Source: Camelus dromedarius (lineage: Eukaryota). Taken from it: 64,000 bases of DNA. The position numbers and the translations under genes are program-made. Every line of letters begins with the position of its first letter. Position 1 is the first letter of the stretch. The stretch is from NCBI RefSeq assembly GCF_036321535.1, contig NC_087436.1:72232001-72296000 (forward strand). Direction: 5' to 3'. The notes below the pieces were generated by a model that was not told the origin of the DNA, did no database searches, and was given only the letters and a program-made list of their open reading frames with translations. Positions 51,178 to 63,420 of the stretch are shown in pieces.

Positions 51178-54058
51178 AAGCCAGGGTGACAATTTATAAA
51201 AAACTGTCAAGTTATTTTTAAACCCAAGAGCCCCAACACTAATTTTCTAACATTCATTTATGTTATAATTTTATATAAGCTAACTTCTTTTACTTGAATA
51301 ACTGATTTTGAAGTATTTTTTACCCATTTCTGTAAGTCAGTTTGTCTATATCTGTATTATGTTTCTCTTCATGGAAATCAAAGAGAATTGTACAAATGAC
51401 AGGACTAGCAGTCAGCAATAGTAGTAGTAGCAGCAGCAGATTCGTATTTCCATGCCATTGCTTTGCATGAATGTTTGAGGTCTCACTTTTAGAAAAGAAG
51501 TAATTAGATGACTAAGTCACACAACAAAGAGACTTTGTAATTCCTGGCACATTGTAGATGCTTAAATTAATATTTATTGAATGGATGAAAACTAGCAAAA
51601 ACTTAGTTACCTCCAGTGCTGACTAATAGGCTTGTGGAATTTTCATGACTCAAGAAATGTGTTAGTACTTCCTCACAAACCTTGCTGACGATGTATCTTT
51701 TGTGACAAAATACACTTGTTGGTTAAGACAATGAGTAGATGATCCTGGACTACATGTCTGCCTACCTCTTTCCTGGTATCTACTGAAAAAGCTTCAGTAG
51801 TTCAGAAATCATTCCCTATGGTTTCCCCAAAAGGATTAGGAACTTTTGAGTCATCTTACTAAGAAGCAGGAAAGAAATGCGGATAGTGTCTGCAGGTGGG
51901 GAAGTGTCCAGTGAAACCAATAAATACAGTAAACAATATGTTGCAATGTGATGGATAGAAAAAGAAAGATACTGTGACTAATGCCAAAAACCTTTTTATC
52001 TTGCTCTGGAAATAGTTTTGAGCTTATGTCTGAATAAAAATATGCCTGATTTGTGAATTAGCAATATTTGAATCACAATAATGGGGAAAGACTATACAGC
52101 CATCCCTCAAGGACTAAAAAGGAGTTTGCTCTCCTTAGTCTGTTTCCTGTTGAGAATCTGTCTGTAATTCACACTGTCAGCTCTTAGAAGGATACTCATT
52201 TTCAGCTTAAGATTTTCCTTAAGCTCACTTTTTAGACTATGAATTTTGGAGTTGGGAGAGGTGGGAAATCCTTTTAATTTAATATATTCTACTGCTAGAC
52301 TGTAAGTTATAAGAAGAAAACAAATGAGATGGAGACAAATAAGGAATACATTGTAAAACAGAACCTAAGAACTTAAACATACTCAGTAACTGCTAAACAA
52401 CAGGGAAAGTTGGCTTAAAAGTTTCTTTTAAAAAGCTTGGAAAAATTATTTACCATAGTTATTCTTTTGATAAAAAGTAATTTTGTACATTTACTATTTT
52501 AAGATTTCTTCTAGAATGTTAAAGGTATATAAAATAAGAAAAAAAAGTGGGAAGTTTGAATATTGTGTAAGATTTGTACATACTTGTAAGAGGAAGACCA
52601 TGTGTGTCTGGGCCTCATCCTTTCTACCCAGCCTTCCAAATCGCCTTCTTATACCACATGTACTCTGGGTCATGTGGAATCTTGTTTGAGAATTGTGGCT
52701 GTTGAGAAAGGAAAGAGAAAGTTTCCTTTAGTGATACGTATTCATTGCTTTATTCATTAATACTGTGTAGCTGAGACCTACTATGTATTGAGTTATCCTA
52801 CCCACTGTAGGATACATCAGCTCGAAGAAACCTTGGACATACTTCTGCCTTCAGAGGTGTACAGTCCTGTTGAGGAAGCAAGTCTCATAGACAGGACAAG
52901 ATCCAGAAATAGCATATACAAGTCAGCACGTGATGTGTAGGTCCATCTCTGTGTCTTTGCAGGGCTTTGTCTATGTTCTGTGGGGTTTTAGATCAGGACC
53001 CTTAATTAGGGTCTGAGAAGTGAGGAGTAAAGATCTTAACTGCAATTTGTATAAGTACAAAACTAGAAACACACTCAAACTCACCAAGGAGACAGAAATT
53101 GGACAACAATTGCCCACGCTTTTGAATGTTATGCAGATGTTAAAAAAAATGAGGAAAAATGACACTGAGGGAGCATGAAAGGATGCTGAGGACATATTTT
53201 TAAAGAACAAAAGCTGTGTAATAACCCCATGTATATAAAAAAGATCTATATCTACCTCTCTCTATATACGTGTATCTTTGTGTGTTATGTTTGTGGCTCT
53301 ATGTATATGTATATGTGCATAGATAATTGCAGATAGAATAGAAAACTAATGCCACATTGTTACCAGTGGTTACTATCAGAGGGCAGGAATGTGGAGTAAT
53401 GGTGAAGAGGAACTTGCCTGCTTGATCCCGCATGTATCTGCAGGTTATGAATCTTTTACATAAATTGTAGTATACATGCTTCTGTTAGATTAATCATAAA
53501 AGGAAAAATAAAGATCTTGTTTTCTATACTCAGATGGTAGAAACGAGTAGTTTATTTTATAATGCAAGGGAAGATGAGTTTGCTTCTAGTTGCTGGATAA
53601 AATCCCAAAAGATAATAAATTTGGAAGACACAAAGGAGCTTAGTGAGGCTTTGATGGCAATTGGCTCCTGTTTTATCCACATACTCCAAACAAATCCCAA
53701 CATTATCAACAACCACAACAGGGGTATCTGCTTTCCCTGGAAACAGGAAAGGGAAGATAACTCTCTTTTCCAAGGGCCACATACTTTTGCTTTCAGGGAC
53801 ATAAAAAGTGTCTATTAAGCCTATAAATTGCATTAGAGGAAAGGCAGGTCATGTTACATAATGATACAAAGAAAATATATGTAATATTTCAGTCTAGTTC
53901 TTGCCTAAGGAGAGTGTTAAATATGTGTAAGGGAGATGGGTATTGAGAAAGGGAGAGTGGGAACATGCAGTGATGCTTAAAATAAAATTAAGCAGGAATT
54001 TGACTTGCCTGGTATTTATCAGGGTTGGGCACCCCTTGACCACTCTTACACACATGTT

Positions 54059-54128
54059 ACCACACATCCTCACTTCCTCCATCCTTATCCTTTTTCTCCT
54101 TACTGGCCTTGAGGGAGTGTGTATAAAA
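54059..54128 (+). promoter_or_regulatory. PPBP megakaryocyte-type promoter (RUNX, ETS, GATA, TATA)
   Basis: ACCACA 54059-54064, CACTTCCT 54071-54078, CTTATC (GATA, minus strand) 54084-54089, TATAAAA 54122-54128, 102 nt before the ATG. Confidence 0.7.
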
Positions 54129-54223
54129 GACATCAGGAGACCATGAAAAGCCACTTAGCGGCAGACTCCTAGGCAATTCGCCCTCCTGGCTCTGGGAACA
54201 ACTCTAGCCCAGTCTTTTCCACC

Positions 54224-55039
54224 ATGAGCCGCAGACCCAGCGCCGCCTCCTACTGTGCCAGCGCCAGCCCACTTCCTGCCCTCCAGGTGTTGCTGCTACT
54301 GTCACTGCTCCTGACCACGCTGGTTCCCTCCACCATCGGAGAAAGTAAGAGAGACTTAGGGCGAGCCGAAGGTGGAGTTTCTGCTTCCCTGAACCTGAGG
54401 CTGCTTCTGCTGCAGCTGTGTCTGGGGGAAGGACCGTCCCAGTGCTTCTGGGGCTGGAGAAGACCAGTAGTCCTAAATGGAGGAGCTGCACTCAGTGGGC
54501 ACTTGACACGTGCCAGGAATCCTGCTGGGGTACTTTACTAAAAGTTACAGATCATAGTCACGATGGCTTTGGGAGAGAGGTACAGTTGACAAAGGAGGGA
54601 CTGGAGAAACACACCCATGGGTGAGATCCCTGAGAGAATCATGGCCACTAATAGAATCACACTTTCTACCCTAGCTAAACGTGGGGAAAGATTGCTGTAC
54701 GTGGAACTTCGCTGCCTGTGTGTGAAGACCACCTCTGGCATTCATCCCAGTAACATCCAAAGTCTGGAGGTGACCAGGGCAGGACCCCACTGCACCAAAG
54801 TTGAAGTGATGTAAGTCTCTGCTTCTGTGGTATTGCCTCACTAGGGAAACCCTCCACCTCTTTCTCCAACCGACACTGTAGAGTCCCTTCTGACAGTGGC
54901 CAGGACGCTCACAGATAATTCTATTCTCTTTTGCAGAGCCCTGCTGAAGAATGGGAAGAAAATCTGCCTGGACCCAGAAGCTCCTGTAATCAAGAAAATA
55001 GTCCAGAAAATGCTGGAAGATCGTGGGTCAGCTGCTTAA
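54224..55039 (+). CDS. PPBP: Pro-platelet basic protein (CXCL7/NAP-2 precursor). Exons 54224-54344 (alt. end 54371), 54675-54810, 54937-55039; 119 aa (128 aa with distal donor)
   Basis: [123 protein letters not shown]-type [12 protein letters not shown] signal peptide, Tyr before VELR (NAP-2 cleavage position), GT..AG introns, position between CXCL5/6 and PF4. Confidence 0.95.
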
Positions 55040-55581
55040 TCTTTTCACTTTCTGTTAAACCTTTATTTTAATCTCCCAGGAAGGATAGGCGTTTGAAGTC
55101 TTGGTTTTCTAGAGTTCTTATTTATCCAGGACACCTAGTCATATTGTATTAAACTTTGGGTATGTTTTTCATTCTGTCTCAAAAGTTACATTTTATTCTG
55201 AGAAGACTGGTTAATAGATGACAGAGAAAACGATGAAAGTAAGCAAGGCTAGTTTCAAAAAACAATATATGGTTTTCTTCCCAATTCTTGGCTAAATGGG
55301 GTACTATGCTTTGCATTTCTTTTTCTAAACATTTCTTTCTGAATACATTTGTGTTATCTTGCTCCACTGTGCTATTAAACTCACCATGCCCATGATTCCA
55401 TAATGGTCAGTGATGCTAGGAACCACACAGAGCCCGGCAGAGTGCACTTGCTTGATAAATGTTCATTAACATATTTAGGGACTTAGTAGAGCTTTTCATT
55501 GTCTTAGTCCTAGGATGTCTTGTTTCAAAGCATTCCCTGAAAGATTTTCCTAATGTTTGTTAGCCTTCAAATCCTAAAAAT

Positions 55582-55587
55582 AATAAA
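55582..55587 (+). terminator. PPBP polyadenylation signal (a proximal ATTAAA lies at 55148-55153)
   Basis: AATAAA about 540 nt after the stop codon; actual usage not determinable from sequence. Confidence 0.5.
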
Positions 55588-56229
55588 GCTGTAGAATGTG
55601 AATCTTGTTATTTACTTGAAAGTGAATTTATTTAATACCAGTAGAACAAAAAAAATGATGAAAAGTATTAACATGCTCTCTATAAAATAAAACTCCAGTA
55701 TGTTCAATAATAATAATAAAACATAGGTTCTACTTATTGTTGAATGTTGTACTCTGACATGCTTGTACATATTTGGATTTATTTAATGTCTACATGGTCA
55801 CAATTTTAGTACTAGAATCAGCCTGGCAAATCAGTACGATAAAGAACTTAAACTTTACCAGACTACTAATTATTATTTTGTAATCAATGGAACTTTCATT
55901 CATTTCTTAATCCCTTAAATTTACATCCATACTACTCTTACCAAAATATTAACATAAAATGACAATTTATTATTACTTTTTTGTCATATGTTATTACTTT
56001 TAACAGAATTATTAGGGGAAAAACCCTTAATTTTTTTTTTTTACACTTTGGTATTTAACAATATGACCAGCAAAAGTCAGTAGTTGATGATCTGTGCCAT
56101 TTTTAATGTACTATAGCAATAACTAAACTTTATTAATAACTTTTAATATGCCAGACATATTTAATATTTTGCATGCATGAATTAAGTAATTCTTACAAGA
56201 TAGCTATGATCTGGGTAAGAGCATATCCT

Positions 56230-56590
56230 CTAAAAAGAGAATAACTGAGTAGCTTAGTCCACCACTTGCTAGCTGTGTAACTTTGGGCAGGTTGCATAAC
56301 CTCTCTGTGCCTAAGTGTCTTCATCTCTAAAATGGTGAAATATTGCTTACCTCATAGAGTTGATGTGAAAATTAACAGTTAATAAATTCAAAGTGCTGAA
56401 AATAATGCATGTCACATAGTAACCCATATATGAATGTTAGTTTCTATTTATTAGTAGTACTATTAATGTTTCCAGTGTTAACAGAGAAGAAAACTCAAGT
56501 TCAAAGGGATTAGCAAATTTGTCCCAGAATCAGATAACTAAGCAGGTGACAGAGTGGGTCTTTGAAACCATGCTCTTAACCATCACAACA
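56230..56590. mobile_element. MIR-like SINE fragments
   Basis: tagctgtgtaactttgggcaggttgcataacctctctgtgcctaagtgtcttcatctctaaaatgg, MIR core. Confidence 0.7.
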
Positions 56591-58877
56591 CATCGCTTTC
56601 CTTGATTCTTCTTTCTGTAATGAAGAGATTATCTTATGTCATATAATATTATTGACACAGAAAGTAGGGCTGGATTCATGAATAGGATACTGAACATTCT
56701 GTGATGGTTATAGAAGAAGGTATCAGTTCACCTGCCCCAACCTGCACATGGAATTTGGGGCGCGTTCATGTATTAAGCATTTAGTTCACAATCTCTGCAT
56801 TATTAATGTTTCCTTTCATTATCTCTTCACATTATAGGTTTAATGCTTTAAAATGCTTCGTCTACAAAGTTAATACATCTATCAAGTAACAGTTAACAAA
56901 AATACACATGAATAAACATGTAACAAATGAAACAGTAAATGGTGATTGCAGTCATTGTCATCAGTTTTTCTCCAATAATTCAAAATAGCTCAATATCTCA
57001 TTCATTTTTTAGTCGTCTCCTACTGAAATCTAACAGGGCCAGCTCTTGAGACATGATGCAGTTTTTACATTATGCTAATATCTCCTGCAATGCAGATGTC
57101 TCTTACTTTGGTGTGCATATATTGAACTATTCTATTTAGATGCAGAGAAAGAAGGGCTTAATTGTCACTTCCTACTCCCTGGATTCCTTTACACTGCAAA
57201 TATTGAAATCTAAGGGTAAGGTTGTACAAATCCAGGATGTTGCCCATCCATATGCTAAACCACCCCCCAGCCGTTCCCTCCGCTGCTAACCCACTTTGGG
57301 ATCTCAAGTGTCAGTTTCATACACATGTATGACTTACAACACATGTTCTACTAGCCAGCGTGTGGATGCAGGATATTCAAAGACGTATAAGTTACAGAGA
57401 CTTGCCCTTGAAGAGATTACTGTCTGGGAGGAGAGGCAGACAGGTTGACAAATAATCACAGCCACATGGGACACATGTTCATATAGAGAAATGCTTCAGT
57501 CGCACAAAGAAACAGACACATGAACACATCAAAGCCTCATCTTCATCATTTTCAACATTTATCATCTTCACTAACATGGTACTTCATACTGAGTCCCTAC
57601 CATTGTGCTAGAATAGTGATAGGCAGTATGATCCCTCACCTCTTGGAGCTTTCCACTCAGGACCAGAAACCATTTTAATTAAACATGTTTAAATACACAC
57701 ACGCATATATGTGTATTGTATGATCTGTGAGAAACAGGAGAAGCAGAGGGTGCTATAAGACAACAGGGAACACAAGGCGCTTTGGCTGTCAGGGGAGTCC
57801 CCTCTGGGGGGTTGATATTTAAGCAGACACCAGAAATATGAATAGGACTTAACAAGCTGAAGGGTCAGGTGGTGGAAAAGTAAGAGCAAGAACACACTAG
57901 GCCCAGGAATTAGATTGAATATCCCTGCAGGAGTCTGGTCCTGATGAGCCTTAAGAGGTCAGCTAGTTCCATGCAGTGGGCTCCTGAGGCCCTTCACCAC
58001 TGTTAATCAGTGTGACAGTGGCTTTGAGATGAGGGTGTACTTTGCCCTGATCAAGAGCCAAAGGCATTCTTTTTCAGGGAAGGGAAGATGCTCCATATTG
58101 ATCTCTGGACCTTTTCTGTGCAGGATTCTGTTGCATACCCTCTACTCGCTCTCCCACCTCTTTTCCACACTCAACTCCCAGATGCTCTGTGTCCTCCTGA
58201 GAGCAACAGTGTTCCAGTGAGTAGTGCAGCCTTTCTCACCCTGTCACTGGTACTGGCCCAGGTGGTAGCAAGAGCTGGGCAATGTGGACTGAGAACTCCC
58301 TTGACCTCTTCTTGGCTGAGCAGAATGGAGAAACATCCAGGCACCAATTTCTTTACAGAAATAATGCATTCAAGTATTACTTTCATAATTTTTCTTCGAG
58401 TAAGAAGATAGAGGAGGATAATAGAGCTTGTTTCCTAGAGTATACTGGATGGTGGTTGGTAGAGTCAGGTAGATCCCATTCAAGAGAGTAAGGAAGCCTT
58501 CCCCATTTAGGTGAAATTTGGAGCTGAGCCATTGCCAAGAAACTCAATTCAACTTTTTAGCAGCAAAAAACAATGACAAAGTGCACTCCTTTAACATAAC
58601 AGCTGCCAGACTCAACCCAGTGGTAATCGACAAGAAAGGCAGACGCCCAGGAGCAGTTGGGATTTGGAAACAGACACTGTCTTGTTCCCCAAGGTACAGT
58701 CTCTGTAAATTGCAACAGACGGTGGCTACAGAGAACACTACTATTACACATGACAAAGAAAACTTACATTGTATAAGATTCGAATACGGTTTCTAACTGC
58801 ATAAATGTGCATGTATATGAATTCTGGGTGGGGCTTTGATCCTGCTCCCAGCTCCCAGCAAGGCTGCTATCCAGGGC

Positions 58878-59009
58878 TTTTTTTTTTTTTTTTTTTTTTA
58901 ATTCCTAATCTTGGCTGTCCAGAGCCTAGCTCTTTGCAGAAGTGTCTCAGCTTCTGCACCGCAGCCCCCCACTCTTTCCCCCGGGCTTCCGACCAGGGAG
59001 GAGATAAAA
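58878..59009 (+). promoter_or_regulatory. PF4 proximal promoter: T22 tract and GATA motif at the TATA position
   Basis: T22 at 58878-58899; GATAAAA at 59003-59009, 95 nt upstream of the ATG. PF4 promoters are known to carry GATA in place of TATA. Confidence 0.75.
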
Positions 59010-59097
59010 CCGGCCTGGAGAGTCTGGGATATCACTGGTCTTCCGAGCGCCAGCCCCAGCTGCCCCTGCTCCCGGCTCCTGACGGCATCTCCGCAAC

Positions 59098-59863
59098 ATG
59101 AGCCTCATAGCGGGTACCCGCGCCTCCCGCTGCCGGCCCAGCCCCAGGCTCCTGCTCCTGGGGCTGCTGCTCCTGCCGGCCCTCGCCCTCGCCCAAGGTG
59201 AGAGCTGAAGCAGGGTCGGGAAAGGTGGCGGGGGTGGGGGTGGGATATGGGGAAGTGACAGCCTGGGAACTCTAGGGGCTAGGGCGGAGTCTGTAACCAT
59301 TCGGGACCCCAACTATGATTTGCTGAGTGCTTGCTACGTGTGCAGGAGCTGTACCCAGCGCTGTCCATCTTAATCATCTAGTTGTACATCCTTTTGGAGG
59401 TATGATTTGTGGATGAGGAAATAAAGGTCAAACGTAGTGAAAAAGATCCCTAAGGTACTTTTGGTTATTCAGAGTCATCACTCTCTGCCACCCTCACCCA
59501 ACCCCTAGCTGACCCTGAAGCTGGAGATGGAGACCTGCACTGCCTGTGTGTGAAGACCACCTCTGGAGTCCATCCCAAGCACATCTCCAGCCTGGAGGTG
59601 ATCGGGGCCGGACTCCACTGCCCCAGCCCCCAACTGATGTGAGTCCTTGCACTTCTTCCGCGCCTCCCTCGCCCCCTCTGCCCTCCCCTACCGCCCCTCC
59701 ACACCCGCCTCCACGCCCCTCCACCTTCAATCCCAGTGACTGAGAAGTGTGTCTTCTCTTCCCCCACCCCCGCAGAGCAACGCTGAAAAAAGGGAGGAAA
59801 ATTTGCCTGGACCCGCAGGCCCCTCTGTATAAGAGAATAATCAAGAAACTTTTGAAGACTTAG
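59098..59863 (+). CDS. PF4: Platelet factor 4 (CXCL4). Exons 59098-59197, 59473 (alt. 59509)-59638, 59776-59863; 117 aa (105 aa with downstream acceptor)
   Basis: [120 protein letters not shown]-negative CxC (DLH), basic C-terminal heparin-binding helix [14 protein letters not shown] introns. Confidence 0.95.
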
Positions 59864-59988
59864 CTACTAACTGCCTAAATCTGTACTTTGGCTATACGAT
59901 GTGTTTCTTTTTCTTTTCTTTTTTTCGTTTTCAATCTAACTGTGGAAAAAGTCTTCTGATGTTTTTATTACCCTTGAAATGCTACATA

Positions 59989-59999
59989 AATAAAATAAA
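59989..59999 (+). terminator. PF4 polyadenylation signals
   Basis: Overlapping AATAAA hexamers at 59989-59994 and 59994-59999, about 125 nt after the stop, followed by GU-rich sequence. Confidence 0.75.
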
Positions 60000-60593
60000 T
60001 CAAGTTGTGGTATAGTCAATATTTCTTAATAGACCAAAGAAATAGTGTTGACACATCAAAGTTTCATATAAGGAAAAATCTCCAGAATTAAGGAAAAAAA
60101 TATTTTTAAGGAAGATTTGGTTTAATAAAGATTGGTTTTACTTGGTGTTATATGTTCACTGATACATATTTGCTTATTTACATGATTGCATTACTTAATA
60201 ACTTACTTACATACTATTGTTATGATTAGCTTTGCACTTAAATATTAATAAATAAATACTAACCACACTTAAGTCTTCTGGGCTGTTTTTTAAAAAAAAA
60301 TTAAAAAAATAAATCAGACTCTGCTTTTATCCCTTTAAGATTTATACTTTACCCCAGTATGGAAAATTAATAAAAATGAAACTAGGATTCTCTACTACTT
60401 AATAGAAATAAATTGATACTTTTCAGAGAATTACATTAAAACATTTTACTCTTTATTGGCTCTTTGATAATACTGACATTGCACAAAAATAAAATACTAA
60501 AATAATTCTTGCAACCATTATTGTCCATAATAAATCCCACATTCACAAACCTACAGAATTGGTTCCCATCACATTTTATTTATATACCATGAG

Positions 60594-61061
60594 TGCTGCC
60601 TAAAAATTGGCCTCTATACCCGGATAGCCAAATAGAGAGTCAGAGGTAGAGTTTTGGGATGATAGAAAAGAACACTTTATTGCTTTTCCAGCAGAGGGAA
60701 TCACAGCAGGCTCATGCCTTAAAAGACTGTGAGCCCATCTTGGGGTTGGGGTCTTAAGGTTTTATAGAAAAACTGGGTGGAACAGAAAAGGTGACAACAA
60801 TGAGTGCGTTTTACAGGGTGTTACTTTCTCTTCATATTGATAAGAACTTGCTGTTGTTATGGAGGAATTGAGAAGGGTCTGCCCATTTTCTTGAGGTTGG
60901 TTCCATGACCTTCTTTCCAGAACTTTAGGGTAAAAGGACAAGTTATTCTAAGAAAAGAGTGCACAGGGAAGGGAGCATATGAGCTATAAGATCAATTTAT
61001 CTAGAAGTAAGTACAGTCCTGGACAACTCAAGAGCCATCTTATTAGTTTTCTACTCTTTCA
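60594..61061 (-). mobile_element. Solo ERV LTR, 468 bp
   Basis: TG...CA termini; 4-bp TSD TGAG at 60590-60593 and 61062-61065; minus-strand AATAAA (60676-60681) and TATAAAA (about 60759-60766). Confidence 0.75.
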
Positions 61062-61293
61062 TGAGTTTTGCACTAAGCATGAAAATGTCTTGAAGAAATT
61101 TTTTCCCTCAGTATTAGGTTCAATAAAACCTTGTTTGCAGTTTACTACTTTCCATGAATTTCTTAATATTGGAGATACTGAAATTGTGATTAAAGAGCTG
61201 TGGAAGTTAGGAGAAATACAAAGTTGTATTTCATTCAAGCTTTAAGAAGACACTCATGTACTTTGGCGAGAAAGGATGGTGTTGAAAGATGGC

Positions 61294-61770
61294 TGTGTTA
61301 GTTACCTATTAACTTCAGTACATAACAAAGTACCATAAGTTCAACGGCTTAAACAACACGAATTTATTATATTTCAGTTCTGGAAGTCACAAGTCCAAAA
61401 TGCAGTTTACAGCCTAATCTCAGTGTCCTTAGAGCTGCATTCCTTCTGGTGGTTCTAGGGGATAATCCATTTCCTTGTCTTGCTCAGCTTTAGAGGTCAT
61501 CTGCATTCTTCAGCTCCTGACCCCTTCCTCCATCTTCAAACTACTTCACTCTGACCTCTGCTTTCGTTGTCACCTCTGACACTTCAACTTACACCCTGCC
61601 TGCCTTTTAAAAGAACCTTGTGATTATGCTGTGCCCACTTGGATGATCCAAGGTAATCTTCCCATCTCAAGAGCCTTAACATATTTGTGAAGTCCTTTTT
61701 GCCATATAAGGTAACATTTGTGCCAGGTTCCAGGGATTAGGACATGGAAATCTTTATTCAGCCTACCACA
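61294..61770 (-). mobile_element. MaLR LTR (MLT1-like)
   Basis: taacaaagtaccataag...ggcttaaacaacacgaatttatt...cagggattaggacatgga...attcagcctaccaca. Confidence 0.8.
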
Positions 61771-62326
61771 GTGGGCAAGAAGGCGGAATCTAGTTGAGGC
61801 AAGAGGAAGCTGCAGACCCTTACCAGTGAGCTAATGTCATTTCAACCTAAGGTAGTATAGTTTGTGTACAAGTAGGGTTAGACTCCTAAGAGAAAGTGGA
61901 GAATGGTCCAATTCTGTTTCCTTGGAGTTGGGGGAGGGAGAGGAAGAAGGCTTTGAGATAAGGAACTACTTAAATAGACTCTACTTATAGAGGTCAATGA
62001 AGTGCCAGAGTATTATCTAAACATCCACACCCACTTTGCATGTTAGGTGATGTTAATTCCATTATAGAGTTGTGGTAACCATCTCAGAAAGGTTAAGGAA
62101 GCTCCCAAGGCCGGATTGTCAGGAGGTTGAGCAGATCAGTCGGACTTCCAGCTCCCAGCTCTTTCTTTCACTGTCCTGCCTTTCACACAGGCCAGCGGTA
62201 TGTTAGCTAGTTTTTCAGAGAGGAACTAACCCATAAACCAGCTCTTAGAGGTGGAGTAGGAATTTGTCAGGGGGAAAAGGGAAGAATGAAACTGACACAT
62301 GATAAAAAGTAGAAAGACATAAGGTC

Positions 62327-63420
62327 GTATGAACTGCTTATATATTCTGGAGATCAAGCCTTTGTCAGTTTCATCTTTTGCAAAAATTTTCTCCCATTCC
62401 ATAGGTTGTTCTTTTGTTTTGTTTATGGCTTCCTTTGCTGTGCAGAAGCTTGAAAACAAACAACCCAATCCAAAAATGGGCAGAAGACCTAAACAAGCAA
62501 TTTTCCAAGGAAGAAATGCAAATGATCAATAAGCACATTAAAAAATGCTCAATATCACTAATTATCAGAGAAATGCAAATCAAAACTACGATGAGCTATC
62601 ACCTCACACCAGTCAGAATGGCCATCATTCAACAGTTCACAATTGACAAATGCTGGAGAGGCTGTGGGGAAAAGGGATCCCTTCTACACTGCTGGTGGGA
62701 ATGCAGTTTGGTGCCACCACTGTGGAAAACAGTATGGAGATTCCTCAAAAGACTAGGAGTAGGCTTACCATATGACCCAGGAATCCCACTCCTGGACATA
62801 TATCCAGAAGGAACCTTACATCAAAAAGACACCTGCACCCAATGTTCATAACAGCACTATTTACAGTAGCCAAGACATGGAAACAGCCTAAATGTCCATC
62901 GACAAATGACTGGATAAAGAAGAGGTGGTATATTTATACAATGGAATACTATTCAGCCATAAAAATAGCGACATAACACCATTTGCAGCAACATGTGTGT
63001 CCCTGGAGAATGTCATTCTAAGTGAATTAAGCCAGAAAGAGAAAGAAAAATACCATATGAGATCGCTCATATGTGGAATCTGAAAAAAAAGAACAATACA
63101 AAACAGAAACAGACTCATAGACATAGAATACAAACTTGTGGTTGCCAGCGGGGAGGAGGGTGGAAGGGACAGACTGGGAGTTCGAAATTTATAGATACTG
63201 ACAGGCATATGTAGAATAGATAAACAAGATTATACTGTATAGCACAGGGAAAATATACAATCTTGTGGTAGCTCACAGTGAAAAAGAATGCAACGATGGA
63301 TATACATATGTTCATGTGTAACTGAAAAATTGTGCTCTATGCTGGAAATTGACACAGCATTGTAAACTGACTATAACTCAATAAAAAAAAATGTAAAATA
63401 AAAAAAAAGAAAAGAAAAGA
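62327..63420 (+). mobile_element. Young L1 with 5' inversion (inverted about 62327-62451, forward about 62452-63420)
   Basis: Minus-strand [25 protein letters not shown] abuts plus-strand [37 protein letters not shown]; poly(A) tail. Confidence 0.9.

Noticed and set aside
58088..58411. ORF with a hydrophobic stretch (SSAAFLTLSLVLAQVVARAG) resembling a chemokine signal exon
   Set aside because: No suitable ATG and GT donor pair and no downstream CxC exon found; cannot support a gene or pseudogene.
62414..62851. 145-aa ORF with a Cys-rich motif
   Set aside because: Fragment of L1 ORF2 in a truncated, inverted element; not a host gene.
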